Assembly (NCBI GenBank): GCA_012797775.1
Contig: JAAZOM010000029.1
Span: 3,722-67,721, forward strand
Direction of reading: 5' to 3'
DNA from: Candidatus Kuenenbacteria bacterium
GTDB lineage: Bacteria; Patescibacteriota; Patescibacteriia; UBA2196; GWA2-42-15
DNA: 64,000 nt
The notes under the pieces were generated by a model. It made no database searches, was not told where the DNA came from, and saw only the letters and a list, made by a program, of their open reading frames with translations. Below are positions 9,367 to 19,285 of this stretch, piece after piece. The first letter of the stretch is position 1. The number at the start of each line of letters is the position of its first letter. Position numbers and translations under genes: made by a program.

Positions 9367-9846
9367 ATGTCCAACCGTCATTTGGCGAGAACTGTGGCAA
9401 TGCAGATTTTATTTGAATGGGATTTTAATAATCGTTCACAAAAGCTGAATGAGGTTATTGATTATAACATGGCAGAGTTTGGAGTCGGGCTGGAGGAAGA
9501 TCGGGAATTTGTAGAAAAATTGGTGCGTGGGGTGGTGAAGAATATGGCAGAGATAGACAAGCTCATCGTACAATATGCGCCCGAGTGGCCAATAGAAAAA
9601 ATAACAATTATTGACAGGAGTGTTTTGCGTCTAGGTATTTATGAACTGACGTTTGGCAAAGAGGTGCCACCAAAGGTGGCCATAAATGAGTCAATAGAGG
9701 TGGCCAAAACATATGGTGGTGAATCTTCGGGGCGATTTGTAAATGGGGTTTTGGGATCTGTTTATCGCGATGTTCAGGGCGAGCAGGAGGGGATAATTAC
9801 ACCGGAGAGTTTTAAAAAACAAAATAATATAGTAACTAGTAACTAG
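9367..9846 (+). CDS. nusB: Transcription antitermination factor NusB
   Basis: RHLAR..AMQILF, VAINESIE, FVNGVL. Confidence 0.97.
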   Translation: MSNRHLARTVAMQILFEWDFNNRSQKLNEVIDYNMAEFGVGLEEDREFVEKLVRGVVKNMAEIDKLIVQYAPEWPIEKITIIDRSVLRLGIYELTFGKEVPPKVAINESIEVAKTYGGESSGRFVNGVLGSVYRDVQGEQEGIITPESFKKQNNIVTSN

Positions 9847-9968
9847 GAATAGGTAATTTATTATAAATTAATAGGACCAGATAGAGGGCAGATAGACTAC
9901 AAATTTACAAATTATTTATTTGTGAGTTTGCAGTTGATTTGCGGATGTTTGGCCTTTGAAAAAATAAT

Positions 9969-10679
9969 ATGGAAAAAAGTGAGCAGATGAAAGATTTGGA
10001 AAAAAGATTGGGAGTAGAATTTAAAGATAAAAATTTGTTGAAAGAAGCATTGGTGCACCGTTCATATATCAACGAACACCCCAGTTTTGCCGTAAATCAT
10101 AATGAGAGATTGGAATTTTTGGGAGATGCGGTACTGGAGCTAATTGTGACGGAGTATTTGTTTAGAAATTATCCAAATCCGGAAGGAGAAATGACGAATT
10201 GGCGGGCAGCGCTTGTTAATGCCAAGATGCTCGCGGAAATCGGAGGATCTTTCGACCTGTATGCTTATCTTTATTTGTCGAGGGGGGAGTCAAAGGATAA
10301 TAATATTAAGGCAAAAAATTATATTATTGCCAATGCAGTAGAGGCGGTGATTGGGGCGATTTATATCGATCAGGGGTTTGAGGCAGCTAGGGTTTTTATT
10401 ACCAATAATATTTTAGCGCGTTTGAATTATGTTTTGGAACACAAGCTGTACATGGATGCCAAGTCACACTTTCAGGAGATAACACAGGAAAAAATGGGGA
10501 TTACGCCGAGCTACAAGGTGGTAGAAGAAAGCGGACCGGACCATAATAAAAAATTTGTCATCGGAGTATATTTGGGAGAGGAATTGATCGCTCGTGGCGA
10601 GGGTACGAGCAAGCAGGAAGCACAGATGGCCGCGGCGGAAAACGCGCTGATACAGTGGGAGAATGAGGGAAAGATATAG
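9969..10679 (+). CDS. rnc: Ribonuclease III
   Basis: NERLEFLGDAVL plus C-terminal dsRBD. Confidence 0.98.
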   Translation: MEKSEQMKDLEKRLGVEFKDKNLLKEALVHRSYINEHPSFAVNHNERLEFLGDAVLELIVTEYLFRNYPNPEGEMTNWRAALVNAKMLAEIGGSFDLYAYLYLSRGESKDNNIKAKNYIIANAVEAVIGAIYIDQGFEAARVFITNNILARLNYVLEHKLYMDAKSHFQEITQEKMGITPSYKVVEESGPDHNKKFVIGVYLGEELIARGEGTSKQEAQMAAAENALIQWENEGKI

Positions 10680-10906
10680 ATTAATTTTTAATTTTATAAT
10701 TTTTAATTTTTAAACAATTTTCAATTTTATAATTTTTAAAATAAGAAAGAGTGCCATGAGGCGCTCTTTTTGGTTTATAAAAAATAAAAAACCTGCCAAG
10801 ACAATTTCGTCTGGCAGGTTTGCTCTGTGGGGGTGCCCCGACACTTTTTTCTGCCGCGCTCGGCAGGTGCGATGCGGGATTATGCCACAAAGGCTTCACC
10901 AGGGTG

Positions 10907-10969
10907 TTACGCCGCGGAACCTTCCGTCATCAGGTTGAAGGTTTGGCCGCGAATTTTGGTGGTGAGCAT
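10907..10969 (-). CDS. Putative 20-aa peptide MLTTKIRGQTFNLMTEGSAA
   Basis: SD AAGGAGG upstream; terminator hairpin at ~10786-10821. Confidence 0.4.
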   Translation of the reverse strand: MLTTKIRGQTFNLMTEGSAA

Positions 10970-11236
10970 AAGCTCCCTCCTTTTTACCAGTATCGGCCAC
11001 ATTGGACCAGGATCTTCCTCTGGTCACAGTTGACTGCTATTTCAGTTTAACCCCGGGTTGTTTTTTTGTCAAAACCTTGACTAATTTTGATAAAAGTGTT
11101 AGGGCAAAAATAGGTCTTTGTGACTTGCAAAAAACATAAAAAATTAAATAGGGGCCGTGCAAACCCCTAGGAGGAAACGCTTGCACAATAATTCACGTGG
11201 TACAGAGCAGTTCATTTCCAACTCTCGGGAGGGAGT

Positions 11237-11794
11237 ATGAAACAGCTCTTGCTTTTCTGCGCGTTTGCGCTTCTGCTGGCGGTCCTGGTGGCCGCATCGC
11301 CCCCGGTGATCCTCGGTGCGATGACCAGCGAATCCAACTTCGGCGCCATCGGCTCGATCGGAAACCCCTGCGAACAGGACAAAAATCTGCAAGGCGGCGC
11401 CGACAACAAATTCCCGGCCGGCGAATTCGCTGGCGCCAATGTCGCCAAGTTGACCTATGCCTATATGACCACCTCAGCCGCCCTGAACGGCGCCGCGACC
11501 GCGAATAAGAACTTTTCGCCGCGGCTGGCCGTCACCACCGACCTCGTGGCATCATCGAAAAACGCCCAGGTCGCTTTGAACGAAATGATCGAATCGATTC
11601 AGACCTCCGGCACGGTAGAGTCCGCCGGTATGGTCGAAAATTACAGCAGAGAATTCGCCGAGAACGGCCGGATCAGTTCGAATGTGGGTGGCGCCGATAA
11701 CAAATTCCAGCGCGCCGTCAGCACCAGCTCCACCCTGTCCGGGAAGAAGAGTGCCGTCGTGAACAAGACCGTGAACTGCGTCTACCGCGCCTAG
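11237..11794 (+). CDS. GC-rich secreted hypothetical protein
   Basis: SD GGAGG, signal-peptide-like N-terminus, GGADNKF twice, terminator at ~11847-11878. Confidence 0.75.
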   Translation: MKQLLLFCAFALLLAVLVAASPPVILGAMTSESNFGAIGSIGNPCEQDKNLQGGADNKFPAGEFAGANVAKLTYAYMTTSAALNGAATANKNFSPRLAVTTDLVASSKNAQVALNEMIESIQTSGTVESAGMVENYSREFAENGRISSNVGGADNKFQRAVSTSSTLSGKKSAVVNKTVNCVYRA

Positions 11795-12228
11795 CCGAAT
11801 CTCGGCCAAGCCGGTAGTCTCCAAAAGAGACCCGTGAAGTCTCACGAGGGGTGATGCTTGTCATCGCCCCTCTTTTTTATTTTTGACTTTGGGCAAAATT
11901 TATGCTATACTGATATTAGATTAAGAACTATCAGGTGAGCAATGATAGTTTTTAATTTGGCAAAACAGAAGAGAAAACAAAAATTAACAACCAAGGAGCA
12001 GAAATATTTTTATAAGTTTTTGAAAAAATGATCGCAGGATCTGGGCGGTAGTAAAAAGTATAAAGGATATCGCCGCAAAAATATGAAGCCCAAACAATAA
12101 TTAGATTGTTAGTTTTAGAACAGAAAGAGAGAGCGGCCCAGAGGAGCACTTTGACAAATCGGGAAAGTAAAAACAAAAATCAAAAATCCCTAAGAAGGGA
12201 TTTTTTGTTTTTAGAATAAATAATTCAA

Positions 12229-12558
12229 CTAAATTTTTTCTATGTCTAGACCATTTTCAACAAAGAACTGAGAATAATATCTTTCTGGACCATCTAGCTG
12301 CTCATTAAATTTAATAATAATTGAGTCATCTTGTCTTTCTACCATACCCTGAAATGCTTGGTCGCAATAATTTTGTGTTTCTATGTCACTTCTCTCCCCA
12401 CCAAATCCAAACTCTCCAATATCTGGCAAACTAAATAAAAATTCTTTTGAGAATCCTTGCTTTATTTTTGTCCAGTCGTCAAATTTTATAGATACTTGTT
12501 CATTTGGTTTAAAAAATTTTTGACGCATGTCTTGCTCGGTTCGTTCAGCGGCTGTCAT
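12229..12558 (-). CDS. Hypothetical protein (109 aa)
   Basis: ORF directly downstream of tRNA-Gly, ends at a hairpin. Confidence 0.65.
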   Translation of the reverse strand: MTAAERTEQDMRQKFFKPNEQVSIKFDDWTKIKQGFSKEFLFSLPDIGEFGFGGERSDIETQNYCDQAFQGMVERQDDSIIIKFNEQLDGPERYYSQFFVENGLDIEKI

Positions 12559-12590
12559 ATTTTTATTAATTGATAATTATATAAATATTT

Positions 12591-12665
12591 TGGAGCGGGT
12601 AGGGGGAGTCGCACCCCCATCTTGTCCTTGGCAAGGACACATAATAGCTGCTATACGATACCCGC
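12591..12665 (-). tRNA. tRNA-Gly(GCC) with atypical D and T loops
   Basis: tgtcc-tt-GCC-aa-ggaca; T-loop TGCGACT; CCA encoded. Confidence 0.9.
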
Positions 12666-12709
12666 ATATTTTTAGCTTATTGGTATATTAGCAAAAGTTT
12701 TTTGGGCTG

Positions 12710-12928
12710 TCAAAGTATTTCTATGATTTTTTGGCGAGAGGTTTCACCTTTAATTATGGCCAGCCGTGATTTGGGGATTTTGAGGCGAGTAGATAAAAGC
12801 TTGATGACTGCTTCGTTGGCTTTGCCTTTGTCTGGAGCGGCAGTGGTGTGAACCACAAAATGAGCGTCGTCGATTTGGGTGGCTTGGTTGAGTTTGGATT
12901 TGGGGGTTACTTTTACGTTTATAAGCAT
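12710..12928 (-). CDS. DUF167 (YggU-like) protein
   Basis: VKVTPKS...APDKGKANEAVIKLL...GETSRQK. Confidence 0.9.
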   Translation of the reverse strand: MLINVKVTPKSKLNQATQIDDAHFVVHTTAAPDKGKANEAVIKLLSTRLKIPKSRLAIIKGETSRQKIIEIL

Positions 12929-12986
12929 ATAAATATTTTTAAGCTACTACAAATTTACAAATATTATACAAATATACAAATAGATT

Positions 12987-13772
12987 TTATTTGATTTTTT
13001 TTATTGTCTTGAGAAGTGTTGGGTGGATATTTTTATTACTAGCCAGAATGCCCTTGGATTGGATGGTCCAAGGTCGGCCGGTCATATCGGTGACAATACC
13101 GCCGGCTTCACGGACGAGAAGAGCTCCGGCGGCAACATCCCAAGGATTAACACCCGGGATAATAATGGCTTCGGTTTTGCCACGGGCGACCCAGGCGGTT
13201 TCTAGGGCGGCGGTACCGATTTGGCGCAAGTCCCTGGCCAGTGGTTTCAATTTTGAGTAAAGATGGATGGCTTGTTTGACGCTGGCTTCATTGTTGCCGT
13301 GGCAAAAAGTGAGAAAAGATTTTTTAATTTTATTTTCTTCGGAGCTGTAAATCTTTTTGCCGTTGAGGAAGGCGCCCTTGTTTTTTTCAGCCAGATATAA
13401 ATCTTTTAGAAAAGGGATATAGACTAGGGCCATAATTATCTCTTCTTTTTTCGCGAGGGCGATAGAAACCGAGAAGAGGGGATTGCCCATGGCAAAGTTG
13501 GTGGTGCCGTCGAGAGGATCAATGATCCAGAGATAATCAGATTGTTTTTTATTATCGCCAGCCTCTTCAGAAAGAATGCGGTGGCTAGGGAAGTTTTTCT
13601 TGATAGCGGAAAGAATAATACGCTCGGCGGCTAGATCAGCTGGGGTGATGATTTCGTGTTTGCTTTTTATTTTGACCAGCGAGCGGCTGATTTTATTGAA
13701 ATGTTTCATTAGCTCAGTACCGGCCTTTTGGGCGGCCAGAATGGCGATTTGTTTAGGAGAGGGATTTTTCAT
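12987..13772 (-). CDS. suhB: Inositol monophosphatase family (SuhB-like)
   Basis: WIIDPLDGTTNF, WDVAAG. Confidence 0.9.
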   Translation of the reverse strand: MKNPSPKQIAILAAQKAGTELMKHFNKISRSLVKIKSKHEIITPADLAAERIILSAIKKNFPSHRILSEEAGDNKKQSDYLWIIDPLDGTTNFAMGNPLFSVSIALAKKEEIIMALVYIPFLKDLYLAEKNKGAFLNGKKIYSSEENKIKKSFLTFCHGNNEASVKQAIHLYSKLKPLARDLRQIGTAALETAWVARGKTEAIIIPGVNPWDVAAGALLVREAGGIVTDMTGRPWTIQSKGILASNKNIHPTLLKTIKKIK

Positions 13773-14329
13773 ATTTTTTCTAATTTATTTATGGCCTTTA
13801 AATATAAAGGTTTGATTATTTTTTTAACTTTTTGGTTAGTGATTCTGCTGAACATAAAGTCGAATTTGTCTTGAATTAATCTTTTACTGAAATCGGGAAA
13901 GCGATTTAGGAAGTGCTGAATGTTTTTTTCAAAAAAACTAGCAGAGTCTGCGTCTTTTAGAATATTTGATTCTTTATCTCCGCCGTATTCGTGATTTTCT
14001 ATCAGGTGTTTAACTTTGTTTATAATTTTTTGTTCGACATTATTTTGTTTTAAAAAATTTGCCATGATTTTTCCGCCGGTTGTTTGATGTTCGTGCATAT
14101 ATGATTTTCCCATAAAGCCATATTTTTTATCATGGACTTCGGTCGACTTTTTTCTGGCGGGTCGCTCGATATCATGCGAGTAAGCGGCTATTTGCAGAGC
14201 GACATCGGCATTGGGTTTAATTTTTTTAACCCATTTAAGTGTGGCGGCAAAGTGGGGGGATTTACCATTATTTATTTTGTCTACAAAATTAATAACTTTT
14301 TTCAGTAGTTGGTGTTCTTTTTCGGTCAT
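13769..14329 (-). CDS. HD-domain protein (DUF4202-like)
   Basis: AAYSHDIER, NHE, LKDADSASFF. Confidence 0.8.
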   Translation of the reverse strand: MTEKEHQLLKKVINFVDKINNGKSPHFAATLKWVKKIKPNADVALQIAAYSHDIERPARKKSTEVHDKKYGFMGKSYMHEHQTTGGKIMANFLKQNNVEQKIINKVKHLIENHEYGGDKESNILKDADSASFFEKNIQHFLNRFPDFSKRLIQDKFDFMFSRITNQKVKKIIKPLYLKAINKLEKI

Positions 14330-14823
14330 ATTAATTCCAAAATTTTTAATTCTAGTTTATTAGTCTCAGTATTCCAGATAGCGAAAGTGGCTTTGGAAAA
14401 CATGCCGGCCAAAGTGCCAGGATTGGCAAGAGTGGTCCTGCCCACTTGCTCGATCCATGGCTTATGATTGTGGCCGTAGAAGACAAAGTCATATTTTTGG
14501 GTAGCGGCCAATTCTTTGGCGATGTCAGGATAATGAGTAAGGGCTATTTTTTTATTGTCAATTTTCAATTCAGCCAAGTCGCCATAGTGGGTGATATGCG
14601 TAAACTCTTTTACAACTTTTGGTTCGTTTTCCCGATCACAAACATTGCCAAAAACAACATGGATTTGGCTGTTAAATTTTTTTGCAATTTCTCTTAAGGT
14701 TGATGGTGCGCAAGTATCGCCACAAATAATTAATTGTTTGATGTGGTTTTCTTTGGCGAAGGCGAGAAATTTTTTCAGATTGGTGAGGTTGTCGTGAAGG
14801 TCGGAGATGATGGCGATGAACAT
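14326..14823 (-). CDS. Metallophosphoesterase (YfcE-like)
   Basis: ISDLHDN, CGD, GN, YGHNH; ATG 14823 preferred because the upstream extension is an 8-mer repeat. Confidence 0.9.
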   Translation of the reverse strand: MFIAIISDLHDNLTNLKKFLAFAKENHIKQLIICGDTCAPSTLREIAKKFNSQIHVVFGNVCDRENEPKVVKEFTHITHYGDLAELKIDNKKIALTHYPDIAKELAATQKYDFVFYGHNHKPWIEQVGRTTLANPGTLAGMFSKATFAIWNTETNKLELKILELI

Positions 14824-14872
14824 ATTAACATTTAAACATTTAAGCATTTAAACATATAAACATAAAACAAGT

Positions 14873-15724
14873 TTATTTTTTATCGCGGAAGGATTTGAGG
14901 AGGGCGATATCTTTTTTACGACGGGATTCAGTCGGAGTTTCAAGAATTAGATCAATATTAAGTTTTTTCTTTTGGAGATATTTAATCAGAGCGGAGAAGC
15001 CAGTAAGGCCGATTTGGCCAGAACCCAGGTCTTCATGGCGGTCAGCGTGCGAGCCGAGAGAGACTTTGGAATCATTGAGGTGGATGAGTTTTAATCTTTT
15101 CAAACCAATAGTTTTATCAAATTGGTTAAAAGTTTTTTGGATAGCTTGGGCGTCGCGGAGATCATAGCCGGAGGCAAAGGCATGGGCGGTGTCAAAGCAA
15201 ACCCCGAGTTTTTTTTGAATTATGAGTTTAGAATTATGAATTATGGAGGCCACCTCTTCAAGGGTGTCGCCGATGATGGCGCCAGAACCAGCAGACATTT
15301 CGATCAGAAATTGAGTGGCGCCTTTATAGTCAGTAAGAATTTTTTCCAGGCCGGTGACGACTTTTTTGAGTGATTCTTTTTCGCCCAGATCTTTGGCTGA
15401 ACCAAGGTGGGTCATGAGATATTTGACACCGAGCAGAGAGCCGCGTTCCAGTTCTTCCCGCAAAACAGAAATAGAGCCATGATAAATGCGATTATTGCTT
15501 GAAGCGAGATTGATAAAATAGGGGGCGTGAATATAAAAATTTGTAAACCCAAATTTTTGATTGGCGAGTTGGAATTTTTTTATATCTTCGGAGGTGATTT
15601 TTCTAGCCGGACCACCTTGGGGTGGACGCGAAAAGAATTGGTAGCATTCACAACCTTGATTCTTGGCGTTGGCTGGGGCATTTTCTAGGCCGCCAGCGGC
15701 AGAGATATGGGCGCCGATGAACAT
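14873..15724 (-). CDS. nfo: Endonuclease IV
   Basis: GAHISAAGG, HAPYFINLAS, DTAHAFASG, HLNDSK, DRHE. Confidence 0.96.
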   Translation of the reverse strand: MFIGAHISAAGGLENAPANAKNQGCECYQFFSRPPQGGPARKITSEDIKKFQLANQKFGFTNFYIHAPYFINLASSNNRIYHGSISVLREELERGSLLGVKYLMTHLGSAKDLGEKESLKKVVTGLEKILTDYKGATQFLIEMSAGSGAIIGDTLEEVASIIHNSKLIIQKKLGVCFDTAHAFASGYDLRDAQAIQKTFNQFDKTIGLKRLKLIHLNDSKVSLGSHADRHEDLGSGQIGLTGFSALIKYLQKKKLNIDLILETPTESRRKKDIALLKSFRDKK

Positions 15725-15813
15725 AATAGTATTTAGTATTAAGTATTTAGTATAATAATTTTAACAGGAAAAGAGAGGAAAGTAAAAACCGCCTTTTGGG
15801 CGGTTTTAAAAAG

Positions 15814-17097
15814 TTATTTGACAATTTTTTCTTTTAGCCAGGCGATGACTTTTTGGCTGGTTAGGGATTGGGATAGGTAGTCGCGGTAGGCCGGAGAGTT
15901 TATTTGTTCTAGATTTTCTTGGTTGTCTTGATAAAGGCCTGTAATTTTTTGTATTTCCTCATCTATTTCTTTTTTGTCGGTGGTAATGTTTTCTTTTTGT
16001 GCAATGTCTCTAATAATCAAAATGCTTTTAACTCTTAGTTCTGCCCCGGGTCGCAGATCTTTTTCGAAGGCTTCCTCTGTTTTGTTCATGTTGGAGAGCC
16101 AGGTGTGGAGATCCAGCCCGCGCACAGCCAAATCATCTTCAAGCTCATGAGACATGAGGTGAATTTCGTTGGCGATGAGTTTTTCTGGGATTATTTCAAA
16201 GGAAGTTTTTTCAATAATATTTTTCAGAAGGTCGTTTTCCAGTTGGCGGTTAACTTCATTTTCTTTTTCATTTTGTAGGTTTTCTCGGATCTGTTTTTCG
16301 AGCTCCCCAAGGTTGTGAAAATGGCCTAGACTTTTTGCAAACTCGTCATTTAGTTCCGGGATTTCTAATTTGTAGACACCATTAATGGAGACGGAAAACT
16401 CGCACTCTTTGCCGGCGAAATGTTTTTGAAAATAATCTTTAGGAAAAGTAATATTAAATTTTTTATGATCACCGGCAGAAAGGCCAATAATTTGTTCTTC
16501 GAATCCGGGGACCATATGGTGTTCCCCCAGAAAGACAGAGGAATTTTTTTGGGTAGCATTTTCTTGGGGAACGCCGGCGACAGAAATTTGATAATCAAGT
16601 TTGACCAGATCGTTTTCGTTGGCTGGCCTGTTTTCCAGAATTTCAACAGCTCGTGATTTGGCTAGGCCGAGTAAAAGTTTTTTTATTTCATCGTCTTTAA
16701 TATTGATAGTTGGTCGGGAGATTTTGATGGTGGATAGGTCTGGCAGGGTGACTTTGGGTAGTATGGATATTTTGGCTTCGTAGATGAGAGAGTCACCGGG
16801 AGCCATTTTTTTGATAGTGATTTCTGGCGAGCCAACGGTTTCCAGCTTTTCCTCTGTGACAACCTTAACAAAAGTATGGGTGATTATTTCCGAGAGAGCT
16901 TCTTCTAGGATAGCGGCTTCGCCGAATTTTTGTTTGATAATATCATAGGGAGCAAGGCCGGGGCGAAAGCCGGAGACTTGGTTTTTTTCGGATATCTTTT
17001 TGGCGGCCGGAGCGAGGAACCCCTGGTACTCATCAGGAGATAATTCCAAGGTTATTTGGGTTTCGCCCCCGGGTAGGGTTTTTATGTCTTTTTGCAT
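15814..17097 (-). CDS. tig: Trigger factor
   Basis: GFRPG, PGFEEQIIG, FPKDY. Confidence 0.96.
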   Translation of the reverse strand: MQKDIKTLPGGETQITLELSPDEYQGFLAPAAKKISEKNQVSGFRPGLAPYDIIKQKFGEAAILEEALSEIITHTFVKVVTEEKLETVGSPEITIKKMAPGDSLIYEAKISILPKVTLPDLSTIKISRPTINIKDDEIKKLLLGLAKSRAVEILENRPANENDLVKLDYQISVAGVPQENATQKNSSVFLGEHHMVPGFEEQIIGLSAGDHKKFNITFPKDYFQKHFAGKECEFSVSINGVYKLEIPELNDEFAKSLGHFHNLGELEKQIRENLQNEKENEVNRQLENDLLKNIIEKTSFEIIPEKLIANEIHLMSHELEDDLAVRGLDLHTWLSNMNKTEEAFEKDLRPGAELRVKSILIIRDIAQKENITTDKKEIDEEIQKITGLYQDNQENLEQINSPAYRDYLSQSLTSQKVIAWLKEKIVK

Positions 17098-17214
17098 ATA
17101 AAACGATCAATTGATTAAATATAATATTAGCATTTATGGGATAATAGGCAAGGAGTATAAAGGGAATTGACCAGAGTTGTGTTTATTTGTTAATATCAAA
17201 ACAAGGACTTTTTT

Positions 17215-18657
17215 ATGAAACAACACTGGTTAAAAATTTATATTTTGATTGTGGGGTCTGCTATTTTTGTTTTAGTTGGTGTTCTTTGGTTTGGTATAAG
17301 CAACTACACAAGAGCTGGAAAGTTGTGGCAGTATGCGCCGCGGGAGACAGATTTTTTCGTAGAGATAAATTTGGCAGACAAAAATTTGGTTGATTTTTTA
17401 CAGCAAAATAGAACAGCAAAAGATATGTTGGAAAAATTTTTATTAGACAATGATTTACCTGCGGAATTGTGGAAATCCGAAAACGAATTGATTGAGGTGG
17501 GCATGTTTATTATTAAAGCAGATAAAGAGGGTGAAAAAAATAAGAGTGGTTGGATAATAAGAACAAGGGGAGACGCCGGGCAGCTTGGTGTTTATTTGGG
17601 GGGTTATTATTATACAACAGCAAAAGCAAACATAGCAGTTATTTCCAGAGAGAAAGAACCAATAAGGGAAATTGAGAATAAAAATTTTTTTAACAAGATG
17701 AGTAGAGATCAAGAGAAAAGGATGAAGGGGTCTTTGGCTGGTGGCTTTTGGGATTTAGATTTTTGGCCTGGCAATTTAGATGTCGCTTGGCCTTTGAAAA
17801 ATATCGTAAAGGCAAATTTTAAAATAACTAGAGAGGCGGTTTTCTGGCAGATAACAAAACGCGAAGAGTCTTTTGATTTGTTTTTAGAATGGCCAGCTGG
17901 AGTAGAAAAACAAAAGATAGAGGCGGTTAAGACCAACAAAGATGTTTATTTTATAGAGGGCGCTATGGTTTTAAATATTTGGGAGCTGGGTGATATATGG
18001 GAGAAGATAGCGGCCGGAAACATAGACCAGTATTTGGACAGAGCGGCAATAGAAGAATATTTAAATAATAAATATAAAATTCGCGTGGATAGATTGTATA
18101 CAATTTTTGAACAGCCATTCTTTTTGGTTGTACAGCCTACCCAAAAGAGCGACGGCCTTTATAAAAATTATCAGAGCGGAATAAACCATTATGTTTTAGA
18201 TGCCAGCGTGCCTAGTGGTCAAGACGGAGGAGTAATAATTAGTGAGCTGGAGTCTTTTATGAGAAACTATATGGCTTATAAGTTTCCCGAGAAGCGCTTA
18301 AAAGTTTTGCCAGACAAAACAAGCGGTTATGAAGTGGTGGCCAATTCCGATAAATTTTTATTGGCAACAGAAAAATATGGTGAGGGAGATTTGAGGTATA
18401 TCAGAAAGGATAATTTTGAGGCGGGTTATTATTTGAGTGATAAAAAATTGATGATCTTTGACTCCGTAGAATTGGCGAAGAGTGTTTTGGATAACAAAAA
18501 TAGAGAAGTGCCGTGGTTGGTTGATAGAAATAGCGAGTGTTTACTGGACCCAAATATTTTTGGTTGGCAGATAGCTGATTTTATAAGGGCGGTAGGAATG
18601 GATTTTGAGTGGGGGGTGGAGAGTTTTAATGTTCGAGCAACTCTATATAATAAATAG
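17215..18657 (+). CDS. Membrane-anchored hypothetical protein (480 aa)
   Basis: Long ORF with an N-terminal TM helix. Confidence 0.8.
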   Translation: MKQHWLKIYILIVGSAIFVLVGVLWFGISNYTRAGKLWQYAPRETDFFVEINLADKNLVDFLQQNRTAKDMLEKFLLDNDLPAELWKSENELIEVGMFIIKADKEGEKNKSGWIIRTRGDAGQLGVYLGGYYYTTAKANIAVISREKEPIREIENKNFFNKMSRDQEKRMKGSLAGGFWDLDFWPGNLDVAWPLKNIVKANFKITREAVFWQITKREESFDLFLEWPAGVEKQKIEAVKTNKDVYFIEGAMVLNIWELGDIWEKIAAGNIDQYLDRAAIEEYLNNKYKIRVDRLYTIFEQPFFLVVQPTQKSDGLYKNYQSGINHYVLDASVPSGQDGGVIISELESFMRNYMAYKFPEKRLKVLPDKTSGYEVVANSDKFLLATEKYGEGDLRYIRKDNFEAGYYLSDKKLMIFDSVELAKSVLDNKNREVPWLVDRNSECLLDPNIFGWQIADFIRAVGMDFEWGVESFNVRATLYNK

Positions 18658-18739
18658 GGGGCAAGAAGCTCCCGGTAGATTTGATGAGTGGTGGCGCTGT
18701 CTAAAATTATAGATGTTGGAGCCAAAAAGGTTTTAATCT

Positions 18740-18868
18740 TGTGGATAAGTGTTGTTAAAAAAACAAGTTAGGAAAAAATATTACAAAATTGTGGTTTTTT
18801 TGACTTTGACCTCTTTTAAAAAATGTGCTATACTTATAGTGTAAGTGTTTTTTGGACTTTTATTCACA
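18740..18868 (+). promoter_or_regulatory. sigma70 promoter TTGACC-17-TATACT (18806-18834) flanked by DnaA boxes
   Basis: TGTGGATAA at 18740-18748; TTATTCACA at 18860-18868. Confidence 0.65.
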
Positions 18869-19245
18869 GTAGAGGATAATTGTCCCAAATGAAAACAAAA
18901 AGCAAAAATCAAAATTTGGTACAGTTATTCTTTACTGTTCGTAATAGGTTCCTGGAGGCGCGAGAACCTGTTTCTCAAAAAATATAAAACAAAAATAAAA
19001 AGGTAACTTTTTATCCCATAAAGATAGAGAGATTACCAGAAGAACGGTAGAGAATAAAAGCTTTTTGACAAATCGGCCCAAAAAGCACTTTGTCCCTAAT
19101 ACGGGAAAATCTTGGCCGCGCACCACCATCTGAATTTTTTTAAAAAAAGAATTTAGGTGCCGGTGCGCTCCAAGTCCCACTAGGGATTTGGAGGCGTGTG
19201 ACCTCATTAATCAATTTTAATTGGAGGCTCACCGCCTCCTTTTTT
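18841..19245 (+). ncRNA. Candidate structured RNA or leader; contains a 32-aa ORF at 18889-18987
   Basis: Promoter, several hairpins, terminal hairpin plus T6; no long ORF. Confidence 0.4.
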
Positions 19246-19285
19246 GTTACTTGAAAAAAGGCGTATAAAAGGTTACGATAAAGAT

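Noticed and set aside
10780-11060. tmRNA (peptide ends in AA-stop)
   Set aside because: No tRNA-Ala-like ends or T-arm/CCA; the ORF has its own ATG and SD
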